Assembly (NCBI GenBank): GCA_001662655.1
Contig: KV460235.1
Direction: 5' to 3' (one strand)
Source of the DNA: Pseudogymnoascus verrucosus
Taxonomy: Eukaryota
DNA length: 64,000 bases
Shown piece by piece: positions 53,625-64,000 of the stretch (the first letter of the stretch is position 1; each line of letters opens with the position of its first letter). The notes below the pieces were generated by a model. It saw only the letters and a list, made by a program, of their open reading frames with translations. It searched no databases and had not been told where the DNA came from. The position numbers and the translations under genes were made by a program.

Positions 53625-56600
53625 ATGGAACCGCCTATTCCAAGGAGTCTCAAGGACGTAGAGGAGGTATGTTATTCATTATTTTGTCACTGGTATGAGC
53701 AAGGCTGAAAATGACGGATTTAGCTAGTCACGGAGTTGTACCAACCGGGCGACCCCAAGAGGATTGCTCATATCCAGGAGGCGTTACACACCCTACAGCG
53801 CTCAGCTGATGGCTGGCAACTTGCAAACAGCTTGCTTCAAAGCTCTGATGAGAAAGTACAATTCTTCGGAGCCCTGACATTTACCGTCAAGCTAAATACG
53901 GACTCGTGAGTACTTGGCCACATCTATAGTTTTCGTGGAGAAGTGGCTGATCCTGAAATAGAGCGTCATTGAGCGCCACAGACGCCGAGGCCGTTTTGAA
54001 CCAACTGTTGACATGGCTCATTGTCTATCTACGGCGTGGGTCAGGGCCTTTGGCTCTTCGAAAGCTGTGCTCTACCCTCGTGGTATACTTCCTACATTTT
54101 TCGGCATCCTGGACGCTGTGCGTTAAGCATGTTATTCTCTGTTTATTTGCCGACGAAGCCGTTGGTATAGAAAGATTACAGGATGCGCCAGATACCAGCC
54201 AACTAGTTAGCCGCCTTTCTCAAGAGAAGCTGTCCGCCGCACTGTGGTTCAGCACGACACTTGCCGAGGAAGTTGAGAAAGTTGATGGGAACAACATCAA
54301 ACAGTAAGGGAAATCAGCTCTGGACGCCTCTTAAAATTACTTACTGATACTCACAGTCACCAGTTTCATGACCGGATGAAACAAAATTCCCAGGATGTCG
54401 TTGCGCTCATGGCCCCTGGACTTGCCAATGCTCATGAAGGGGCAAACCTGCCAGCAAAGCTACGCCAAGACTCGATGAAATGTTTCCAGGTAAGAAAATG
54501 ATGTCAAGTCCACCATCATTGCATTTTATCCAAGGATTATTATCTTTGTAACCATCATGATTCTTATTCTAATGTTTTTAGACGTGGGTACTCTTCTCAC
54601 ATAGGGCTTACGTGGACGCTGGCATCACATTGGATCCATTGAAATCGTTAACGAAGCAAGCAATCGCCTGTCTACCACAAGAGGACATGTGTGAGGTTAC
54701 TATTGAGCTCTTCGCGGATGTGCTTGGCAATTACTCCAAGTTCTTGACTGATGAAGACTTCACACTCCTCTTTTCGCTTTTCAACAGCAGTTGGTCCGAA
54801 GAGCATTACAAGCAACTAATCCAAGGCGATTATTCGTTTGAGTCACTTCAATATGGACATTTTATTATTGCCCTGGGAGACGCACGAATTGATGAGCTGG
54901 CGAAAGCAAACGACCCGGCATCTCAACGGTTTCTGGAGGCTCTCGAGGGGCTTCTGTCGGCAGAGGGTTATGTTGTCGCCGAAGACCAAATATTCGTTCC
55001 CGCCCTCGAGTTCTGGTCAACATTCGTTGAAGTGATGATTGACTCCCTCTATTCCGATGAAGATGTGACAGTATCAATTCTCGGGCCACCCGCCAGTGGC
55101 GCCACAGGGTCAAATGAAACACAACATCCGAAAGAAAATTCATCCGAGAAAAAGAATGAATGGTTTTCTACGGCCAGGGTCAATGTGATGCGGGCAATCG
55201 AGCGCTGTTGGCGGAAAATACAATATCCCCCAGCTGAAGAATCATTCGACGACTGGCCCTCTAGCGATAAGACTGGATTTAATGACGCACGAATGGAAGT
55301 TATAGATTTTCTACAAGCCTCATACACATTAATAGGGGTATCCTTATTTTCCATGTTCGCCGATATGGTACTTCGTTCGTTGCAGAACGAAGCATGGTAT
55401 GAACTGGAAGCCTCTCTATTTTGTCTTGGTGGCCTTGCGGATTGCATTTCAGAAGATGAAACTACCGATTTTATTCTTGAAAAGGTCATCAGCTCCGCAC
55501 TTTTCACCACTCTCGCAGACCCCACTTGTTCTGCTCCAACGCGTACAAGACAAGCGACTCTTGCTCTTATTGGAAAATACGATGAGTTCTTCAAAACACA
55601 TACCCAGTACTTACCAGAGACTCTGACTTTCTTGTTCAAGTCGTTGAGTACCACCGCTTTAGCTCCTACGGCCTCGAAGTCAATCCAATCACTATGCTCT
55701 TCGTGCCGCCAAGCTTTAACGTCTGAACTTGGCGTCTTTGTTCAGCAATATACGGATCTGACTCTAGCACATTCTGTTGATGTTATTGTCAAAGAGCGAA
55801 TTGCTGGGGCAATAGGCGCCGTTATACAAGCACTCCCAGAGGAGCATTTAAAGCAAGAACCACTGCTAGGGCTTCTCAAGACCGTGGAAATTGATTTTCA
55901 AAAGTCTCTCCAGCTTCGTGCCGCCGGCTTCGTCGATGAGGCCGAAGCACGAGGGATTGAGACCCTGAGATGCATTGGTAGTATTGCCAAAGGTCTGCAG
56001 GCACCGACTGATATTCCCCTTGAATTATCAGAAGGTAGCCCAACCGACATCGATAACTTCTGGGTCACAGGGCCGGGCTCAGCTACCAATAGCCATCTTC
56101 GAACCATAATGGAGAGTCTTCTAGCCGCGTTTCCTCAAAGCGGAGAAATTCTGGAATCTGTCTGCAACATATTCCGGGCAGGGTTTACTGAACGTGCTCC
56201 AAGTCCATTCATACTTCCGTCTGAGGCTATTGTAGATTTCCTCACGAAGTTGGGGCCCTCTACTCCACGTCTCGTTGTTATTATAAGCACAGCATGCTCC
56301 TTTGTAAGCGTTCAGGGCACAAAAACCACTGGCAAAGTCAATGCTGAATTGCATCGCCTCTGCACATGGGTGCTGTCACTCTTGCAAGCCCTAAATGGTA
56401 AGTAAATTTCCTGCAAACAGCAAAAGATGAAAGCTCAAATAGCATTCCTCAACCTCTGGACTGCGAAGCCTGACTGACACTTATAGATCCGTCTAATGAT
56501 CCCGAGATTGCACAAGCGGGGATCGACTTTTTGTATCGCCTTCTTCCTTCCCATGTCAGGATATTGATAGAGCAACCACCCGCAGCACAGGAATTTCTTT

Positions 56601-57149
56601 TCTTGTTTGCATTGAAAGCTCTCAGAGGCAGAGATCCCCTCCCAAAATTTGCTTCAGCAGACTTCTGGGTAAGATATACGAATCCATTACTGGTATTGGT
56701 GCTAACATATTTGAAGTCATCTTTCTTGTCACTGGCAAACCTCGATGAAGACCTCCAAAGGTCTATTGACACGGCACTGGAGCATCTCGGCCCTATGATT
56801 GCAGATGCATTGGTTTATAACATAAGCGGGAATGCTGCACGAAGCGAGTTGGATAAAGTCTGCGACCCCTTGAAGAAGCTCGTTTCTCGGCACCGATCGT
56901 CCAAGGCCTGGCTTGAGAATGCACTTTCCGGCAGTAATTTCGCAAGCGACCGGGTCAGCGATGGCGAGAAGAGAGCCTTCTTGCAAAAGATTATGAAGTG
57001 AGTTTTCCCAGCATCTTATGCATTGACAGAATCTTCACGGGTACGGTGTTCTAATTATTTGCAGTCTTCGAGGCGCCAGACAGTCGAATCAGGTTGTCAA
57101 AAACATGTGGCTTGAGTGCCGGGGGTCAAATTTTGCATATACTTCGTAA
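53625..57149 (+). CDS. Importin-beta family karyopherin (importin-13/Kap122-like), multi-exon
   Basis: N-terminal importin motif LQRSADGWQLANSLL...VQFFGALTFTVKLN, HEAT-like helices (WYELEASLFCL) and C-terminal ARSELD...CRGSNFAYTS*. Confidence 0.78.
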
Positions 57150-57259
57150 TAACGGTGACGGTTGCATCAAATTTGATTGCCATTCCACGCTCCGGTGAGG
57201 GATCTATCTCATCTATGATATATTGGCCCGGTCCTTAATTGGCGGGAGACGATTGGAAA

Positions 57260-57826
57260 CTAGAAATGCATGAACGCTGCCATGGCAAAAGTCATACCGA
57301 AGGACAGCTTGAAGGCAACATTGCTCTTCAAGGCTGACTTCAGATCAACATTTGTAACATAGCGGCGTAGTTTACCGTACGGCAGCACGTGGATGCCATA
57401 GCTTGCAGCCCACTGAGCACAAATTAGATGATAGATCAATGTTTGGAGACCTTGAGACCCTAACGCACCTGAATGGCAACGACTAATAAACCCAGTAATA
57501 GCGCAAGAGGCCTTGAGAAGGTGCTAACAGCCAGCCCAGCACATAGTCCTGATGTCCTAGTCAGATTCTGTGCATAATGATACTCACACGATGGGTACCA
57601 TACCAAAGACGCTTCCGCTGCTGATCTGCTTCACGCTGCTCGGGTTTATAAAGGCATTTCCTTTAGATGACTTATGGGCAGCCGTTTGTTGGGTTTCAGA
57701 AAAGAGTCGCTTTGAGTCGAGTTTCATTGGGCGTTGTCTGTAGACGGCGAATGTTGACATGGACAGGCCCAATCCGACGCCCAACGTATTCGGGCGCAAC
57801 ATTGGTCGGAGAAACATTGACGCCAT
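57260..57826 (-). CDS. FUN14-family mitochondrial outer-membrane protein, multi-exon
   Basis: Presequence-like start, then KQISSGSVFG/LCAGLAVSTFS hydrophobic segment and a C-terminal AFKLSFGMTFAMAAF. Confidence 0.75.
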
Positions 57827-58350
57827 TGATTTTGAGGCGTGTGTATATATAAATATAAAGAGAGTAGATTTATATATCAGAGGTGATATATAGCTTTTTA
57901 GAATACTCGAATACTGTGAATGTGAATCTTCAATCGAGAACAGAGAGATACCAACTGGCAAGCACGGGATCCTGAATCCTGGAAACCGTGACTTGTCGTC
58001 GCTTTTAGTGACATCAGAGGGCACGTGCGCCTTGGCCCGACAGTACCCTTTTTACACCCCTGTCCAATTTCTCTTGGCAGAGGGCGGGGAAATCGTGGAG
58101 CTCCCAACGTAACTCGTTAACTCGTGTACAGTAATGGTAACCCCACGCTCTCTCGCCTTTTCGACCTTTTTCCACGATTGATCCTTCCTCATCTCAATTT
58201 ATTAATTGAGCGAAGAACTGTCAGAGTATATGCGACCTGGGCCGCACAGAAAAGGTAAGCACGGTCTAGCTACTACTCTTGCTGTTATAGTAGTCATTCA
58301 TATACTGACGACGACGATGGGTCAATAGAGCTACGATTGGGATTAAGTCA

Positions 58351-60472
58351 ATGAGATTCCAGCGGCCACTGAACAGAGTTTTACACGCGACCAGGCCACG
58401 AAATACCTTCGATTATTCAGCTCAAAGGATACATATCAGCATTCGCCTCAGCTCCAGCTGCGCGTCTGCCGATATGGCGAGCATCGACACGAGTCAGCGT
58501 TTGTCCAAGCTGAGGCAGTTGATGAAGGAGAAGAATGTTGATATCTACAGTATGGAAGCACCTATGGTGGCTATGACACGCAGCTAACGTATTCCACAGT
58601 TATTCCGTCCGAAGACAGCCATGCCTCCGAATACATAGCTTCCTGCGATGGCAGGAGAGAGTTTATCTGTGGATTCTCTGGGTCCGCTGGATGCGCCGTT
58701 GTCACTCAGGACAAGGCTGCCCTGGCCACTGATGGAAGATACTTCAACCAGGCGTCGAAGCAATTGGACGATTCGTGGACCCTTCTCAAGCAGGGGCTGC
58801 TAGACGTTCCAACCTGGCAAGAGTGGACCGCAGAACAGTCAGAGGGTAGCAAGACCGTCGGAGTCGACCCGACTGTGATCTCGGCCCCTGATGCGAGGAA
58901 ACTGGCTGATAAAATCAAGGCCGCTGGGGGTGCTGATTTAATTGCTGTCGAAGACAACCTGATCGACAAGGTCTGGGGTGCCGATCGACCAGCAAAGCCG
59001 ACTCAGCCCGTTAAGCCTCTGGGCGAAGAATTCTCGGGGAAGAGTGTTACGGCAAAGCTCGAAGACCTTCGCAAGGAGTTGGACAAGAAGAAGAGCTCTG
59101 GCCTTGTCGTGTCCATGCTGGATGAGATTGCATGGCTCTTCAACCTTCGTGGCAACGACATTCCATACAACCCTGTCTTCTTCTCCTACGCCATAATCAC
59201 ACCCACCTCAGCAACCCTCTATGTCGATTCGTCGAAATTGTCCAAAGAAGCTCAAGATCACCTTGCCCAAAATTGCATTTCCATACGGTCGTATGATGCG
59301 ATATTTGAGGATGCTGCTGTTCTCGGCCGCTCCATCCAAGCCACCACTACGAAGGAGGCTTCTTCGGGCGATAATTCATCTAAGCCTGCTGCCCAAGACA
59401 CGAAAGTGAAGAAGTTCATGGTCTCTAACAAGGCTTCTTGGGCATTAAAACGGGCACTCGGCGGCGAGTCTAACGTGGATGAAGTGAGAAGTCCCATTGG
59501 GGACGCCAAGGCCGTGAAGAACGAGACTGAATTGGAGGGAATGAGAGCCTGCCACATCAGAGATGGAGCAGCGCTCACTGAGTTCTTCGCTTGGCTTGAA
59601 AATGAGCTGATCGAGAAGAAGGCAACAGTCAATGAAGTGGAGGCGCTTGACAAGTTGGAGGAAATGAGGTCTAAGCATAAGCACTTCGTTGGCCTCTCAT
59701 TCGATACTATTTCGTCGACGGGAGCCAACGCAGCGATCATTCATTACAAGCCCGAACGCGGAAACTGTTCGATTATCGACCCTAACGAGGTATACCTTTG
59801 CGATTCCGGCGCCCAATACTTTGACGGCACCACCGACACCACGAGGACTCTCCATTTCGGGACCCCGACTGAGATGGAGAAGAAGGCTTACACCCTTGTT
59901 CTGAAAGGAAATATTGCCTTAGATACTGCCGTATTCCCCAAGGGCACCAGCGGATTTTCGCTCGATACACTAGCAAGGCAGTTCCTCTGGGTAAGACATA
60001 TCCTATCACCACTTAGTTTCTGAGAACCAGTGCTAACCCACAATAGGAGGAAGGTCTTGATTACCGCCACGGCACAGGCCATGGAGTCGGCTCATTCCTC
60101 AATGTACACGAAGGCCCTATCGGAATTGGCACTCGTATCCAGTACACAGAGGTGCCACTAGCTATCGGGAACGTCATTTCCAACGAGCCGGGCTACTACG
60201 AGGACGGGTCCTTCGGAATCAGAATCGAGAATATCATCATGGTGAGGGAGGCCAAGACGAAGCACACCTTTGGCGAGAAGCCGTACCTTGGCTTCGAGCA
60301 CGTTACGATGGTGCCGTATTGCAGGAAGCTCATTGATGAAAGCTTGTTGACGCCCAAGGAGAAGCGTTGGTTGAATGAGTATCATGCTGATATCTTTGCT
60401 AAGACGAAGGGATACTTTGAGCCTGGCTCTCTGACGATGAAGTGGCTTGAGAGAGAGGTGCAGCCATTTTGA
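58351..60472 (+). CDS. Xaa-Pro aminopeptidase P (peptidase M24B), multi-exon; alternative in-frame start at 58474
   Basis: Contains [58 protein letters not shown] and SNEPGYY. Confidence 0.93.
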
Positions 60473-60750
60473 GTGATGACGAGCTCAGTGTCCTTTTATG
60501 AGAATTATCATTGCTACCGGCCATGTAGAATAGTTCACAGGTTGTGGTTACAGACCTAACTTCAGTTGTCTTATTCGTATGCTAAGGCTAATACGAGATT
60601 AAATTATGTTTCGTATCCTCATTACATATATGCTTCGACCTTCAACCAACGTAAACCCCCTATCCTAAAACGCCCGCTAAAACAATGCTATCATCATGCC
60701 GCCATCTACAACGAGCCCACACCATTCTTAAAAATAACTATCGAATTCAC

Positions 60751-63654
60751 TTACTCCGATTCCTTGGGCAGTGCAGGGAGAGGCTTCCTCATAATGCTAA
60801 ATCTCCCAGGAACCTCCCCATCTTGCTGAGATTCAAGAGAAGCCCTGTTCAGCGGACTGCTAGAACCGTGCGCCTGGTCAACATATATGGCGCTACGATA
60901 GTTCTGTTGGTAGTCGCTATCATACTCCGGGGTCAACTTCCCGTTCGGCCCAATATACGACCTAACATAAGGTGGGAGGTGTCCTCTATCAGCGGAACTG
61001 TCCATTGGAACCTGGGTGTATGCAGGATCCAAACTATCAGCCCGCCTGTTATTCGGTGATCCACCGGGGTAACGGGAGTCGCGTGCAAACTGGCCACTCG
61101 TGCGTTCCTCGGCGTATTCTCCGTCATAATGTCTGTATTCCTCTTCGTTTTCAGAGAAGTTCGATAGTGGCGTGGCGGGCGAGTCAAATTGGCTGTGAGA
61201 AACCACTGATGGCTGGAAATACCCCGATCTTTGGTGTCGGTGGCCCCATGGCTGTCGTTGCTGGGGTGACCTGGATACTTGATGTAATACTGGCCCGCCA
61301 GAGACGCTATCAAAGCTATGATCTAGCTCTCTTTGTACGCTTGAGCTCATGCCACGACCCTGTCGCGTTTCTACTCCGCCAGGGAGAAATCGCGAGAATA
61401 GGACGAGACCCATGCATAGAAGAAGCAGGACAGATTGCACGATAGCCATGCGTTTCTGAAATACAAGCTCGTCTGCTAGTAATGTGAGCCTTGAACTCAA
61501 CGCTATGGTCTCTCGGCTCAATAAATCGCGCTGGCTTTCTAGCTCGAACACCGTCGACTGCCATATCTGATCGTATTGTTTGCCAAACTGGCGAAGCTCG
61601 GCAAGCACAGTAGCATTTAAGCTCTCTAGAAATGATGTCGACTTTGCTAGCTGTCTCTTCTCCACCTTGTTGAAAGCTTCCCTGAGGTTTCTCGATTGCT
61701 CTTCTATGTATTTCAACGAGAGTGTAGAGTTTTGCTCCAAAAGTTGGAGTCGTTTACTGACGTTTTTGAAGAAGCTCTCTTGGGTAGTTGGCTGGGAAAC
61801 TGGGGCTGAAGATGTACTCGACATCTTGTTGGTTGCTATAGTTGATTGATTTTGGGGTACGGAGGCGACTGATGAGTTCGCTGGCGCCTCCTGCACAGGG
61901 ACATCAGCGGTTGGTGGCGGCTTGGCCTCCACGACAGGCGTTGGCGTAATCGGCGGGGTCGAAATATCGGTAGCGCTTTGTTCCACAGTCGGTTGGGCAA
62001 CCTCAGGAGTCGGCGGAACTGTAGAATTGGCTACCAGATTATCGTCTGTAGTCGTGATGGGTGGGGGATCCAAGGTTGGCGCTGGAGATGTTTTGTTTGC
62101 AGCAATGGTCGTAGTGGGCAGTAGCTTTGGCGCCGGCTTTCGAAGTATGCTGGACATCTCAAGTCCTGCCGGTTCACCAAAGATATTTCCCCGGTTTAGA
62201 TTATATTTGCTCCATGGCGTAGTCATGAACTCCATGGAATCGTTCAGGAAAATGTGATCGTCCTCCAAGACGACGTTTGGAAGGATGGTGCTATTCGATA
62301 TGTCTGGTTTAAATGTTTCAGAGGCACTAACCAAATCTTCAAGGGTCGTCGTTCTGTCTTCCACGCTGTTTGTTAGGTTTGTCTCTTCTTTGATGACTTC
62401 GGCCATAGCTTCAACTGCTAATTTTTCGCCTTCTGCCTCACGTAGATTCTCTTCCGCTTCTTCCTCGTCGTCTGCTCCTGTCGATTGCTCCGTGCTCAAG
62501 ACATCCTGAATCATTGTTCGGCCATGAACTCGTAGCAACGAGATCGGACAGTAGAACTCGTTTCCATACTGGCTTAGAAATTCAATTCTGAGATATCTAG
62601 CCCAGACCCGAGGATCCTCGATCAGGAATGCCTGGATCTCGCGAGAGTTTTTGGCTTCGAATGTTCCCAGATCCACCCAGCGATCAAGCTTGACGGGATA
62701 TCGGTCGCTGACAGATACACGGAACTCTCTGAAGGTGCTGGAAAAAAATTCGAAGTTGGCGAGCCCCACGGTCTCGACAAGAATGGAATCGCTCAGCTCG
62801 ACTATGACGAATTTATTCTTTGCGGAACAGGTATTCAACATGTAGGCGTCCCGATTCTCAGACAGAAGCGCGGATGTACTCTTTGCCTCAGGGTTGGCCT
62901 TCATCACCTGTGCCCCACTATCAAAACTAGCAAAGTTTGTCCTCTCCTTGCAAGTCTTGCCAGCATCCTTGGAGCGTTGGACTGACTTTTCGACTTTCTC
63001 GTCGCCTGGCTGTTTGGTATGGACATGTTTAGACGTGGACTTATCGCTGTTTTGTGACGGTCCTGGTTTATTGCCCTTATTTCCCTGGTTGTCTTCAAGG
63101 AAGGCTTCGATATTGATATCAATCTCGTAGTCGTCTCCGAGGGTATCCAAGGTTTCCTCATTCTCCTCTAGTTTGCGTCGTCTCTCACCGTCCCTGGCAC
63201 CCTCAACTTCGTCTTCTGACTTCTCGATTATCTGCTTCTTCCAGTCTTCAAACGAGAGGAAGCTGGCATCGGAGAAAACGTCGTCAGTCTCATGGCCAGC
63301 AGCAACCTCAGTCTCTGACGCCACAGGGTCTCCCGTTGCTTGGGCAGTAATCGATTCGGGTATGCTTGCATCCTCCGCACCAGCACCTCCAGTTGTATAT
63401 GTCGCGCTACTTATAGTAGCCGTCTCCTTTGCCACCGTAGTATCGTTTCTTCTTTGTCGGTAGCAGACCGATTCGAAGTTCGGGAGGGCCGTGACATAGT
63501 TTATGATGCGCGACTCGCAAGTCCCGGTCCAGATTGGGGTTGCGACAACGGTGTGGCTTGCAGTGTCTGCTGCTGCAACGGCTGGAGCAAGGCAAGATAG
63601 CAACGTCGTCAATAGTACTGGTAATTGCCCTATCCTGGTCATTCCTGGCTGCAT
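60751..63654 (-). CDS. SLP1: Mid-SUN domain ER membrane protein (Slp1/SUCO family), single exon
   Basis: Signal peptide, FLSFEDWK, KERTNFASFD, the SUN core (ANFEFFSS...FYCPISLLRVHG), QESFFK...LEQNSTLSLKYIEEQS coiled coil and one transmembrane helix. Confidence 0.9.
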   Translation of the reverse strand: MQPGMTRIGQLPVLLTTLLSCLAPAVAAADTASHTVVATPIWTGTCESRIINYVTALPNFESVCYRQRRNDTTVAKETATISSATYTTGGAGAEDASIPESITAQATGDPVASETEVAAGHETDDVFSDASFLSFEDWKKQIIEKSEDEVEGARDGERRRKLEENEETLDTLGDDYEIDINIEAFLEDNQGNKGNKPGPSQNSDKSTSKHVHTKQPGDEKVEKSVQRSKDAGKTCKERTNFASFDSGAQVMKANPEAKSTSALLSENRDAYMLNTCSAKNKFVIVELSDSILVETVGLANFEFFSSTFREFRVSVSDRYPVKLDRWVDLGTFEAKNSREIQAFLIEDPRVWARYLRIEFLSQYGNEFYCPISLLRVHGRTMIQDVLSTEQSTGADDEEEAEENLREAEGEKLAVEAMAEVIKEETNLTNSVEDRTTTLEDLVSASETFKPDISNSTILPNVVLEDDHIFLNDSMEFMTTPWSKYNLNRGNIFGEPAGLEMSSILRKPAPKLLPTTTIAANKTSPAPTLDPPPITTTDDNLVANSTVPPTPEVAQPTVEQSATDISTPPITPTPVVEAKPPPTADVPVQEAPANSSVASVPQNQSTIATNKMSSTSSAPVSQPTTQESFFKNVSKRLQLLEQNSTLSLKYIEEQSRNLREAFNKVEKRQLAKSTSFLESLNATVLAELRQFGKQYDQIWQSTVFELESQRDLLSRETIALSSRLTLLADELVFQKRMAIVQSVLLLLCMGLVLFSRFLPGGVETRQGRGMSSSVQRELDHSFDSVSGGPVLHQVSRSPQQRQPWGHRHQRSGYFQPSVVSHSQFDSPATPLSNFSENEEEYRHYDGEYAEERTSGQFARDSRYPGGSPNNRRADSLDPAYTQVPMDSSADRGHLPPYVRSYIGPNGKLTPEYDSDYQQNYRSAIYVDQAHGSSSPLNRASLESQQDGEVPGRFSIMRKPLPALPKESE

Positions 63655-64000
63655 CGCTGTCTCGACTCCTACTTGGCCGAGCTACCAACTGACTGAGGAA
63701 GAAGGCAGCTGTTCATTCTGCGGCAGTTACGACAGTTTATCGCTGAAAGGTTCGTATGAGATCGTAGCAAAGCGTTGGTCGTGGACAGCTTAATTGAAAA
63801 CCAGATCTTGCCTGCTAATGAGTATTAAGAGTAGCAATAAAGGTAGTATTCTTTGAATTACGGGGAAGATATTCTGAAGCCGATCATGAACATAATGAGC
63901 GTTATCTGGCATTTAACGTCACGTGCCTTGGCGATAAGGACGGTGTGAAGATCTTGGCCCGTTAAACTTTAGTTCCCGCAGCTTATTATAGATTTGATAC

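Overview
Gene-dense, intron-rich eukaryotic DNA from a filamentous ascomycete (Leotiomycete-like; this is inferred from protein style, not verified). I can support about 26 spliced or single-exon protein genes, mostly housekeeping. In order they are: glutathione synthetase, an ATRX/SAD-6-like SNF2 ATPase, SER3, NAP1, a P5B-ATPase, SES1, Rheb, WAPL, UPRT, ELF1, an URC1/urg1-type cyclohydrolase, a small orphan gene, RPS1, a Rab18-like GTPase, an ABHD11-like hydrolase, MSW1, RSM10, FCF2, HAP5, SEC15, a Mei2-like RRM protein, an importin-13-like karyopherin, FUN14, aminopeptidase P and SLP1. I saw no tRNA, rRNA, CRISPR or intact transposon. The most notable hidden signals are six. (1) A box C/D snoRNA in an FCF2 intron whose guide predicts the LSU rRNA methylation equivalent to yeast Am2256 (snR63-like). 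(2) A CpG-depleted, apparently RIP/deamination-damaged 5' part of the mei2-like gene, with an in-frame TAA. (3) A partial URC uracil-catabolism neighbourhood (UPRT + URC1) with a triple GATA element and an 18-exon URC1. (4) A Rab18-like gene. (5) A spliced uORF that may switch aminopeptidase P between mitochondrial and cytosolic starts. (6) A 50-bp near-perfect palindrome upstream of SER3. Exon boundaries were read by eye and gene spans include introns. I did not find a clearly new multi-gene system.
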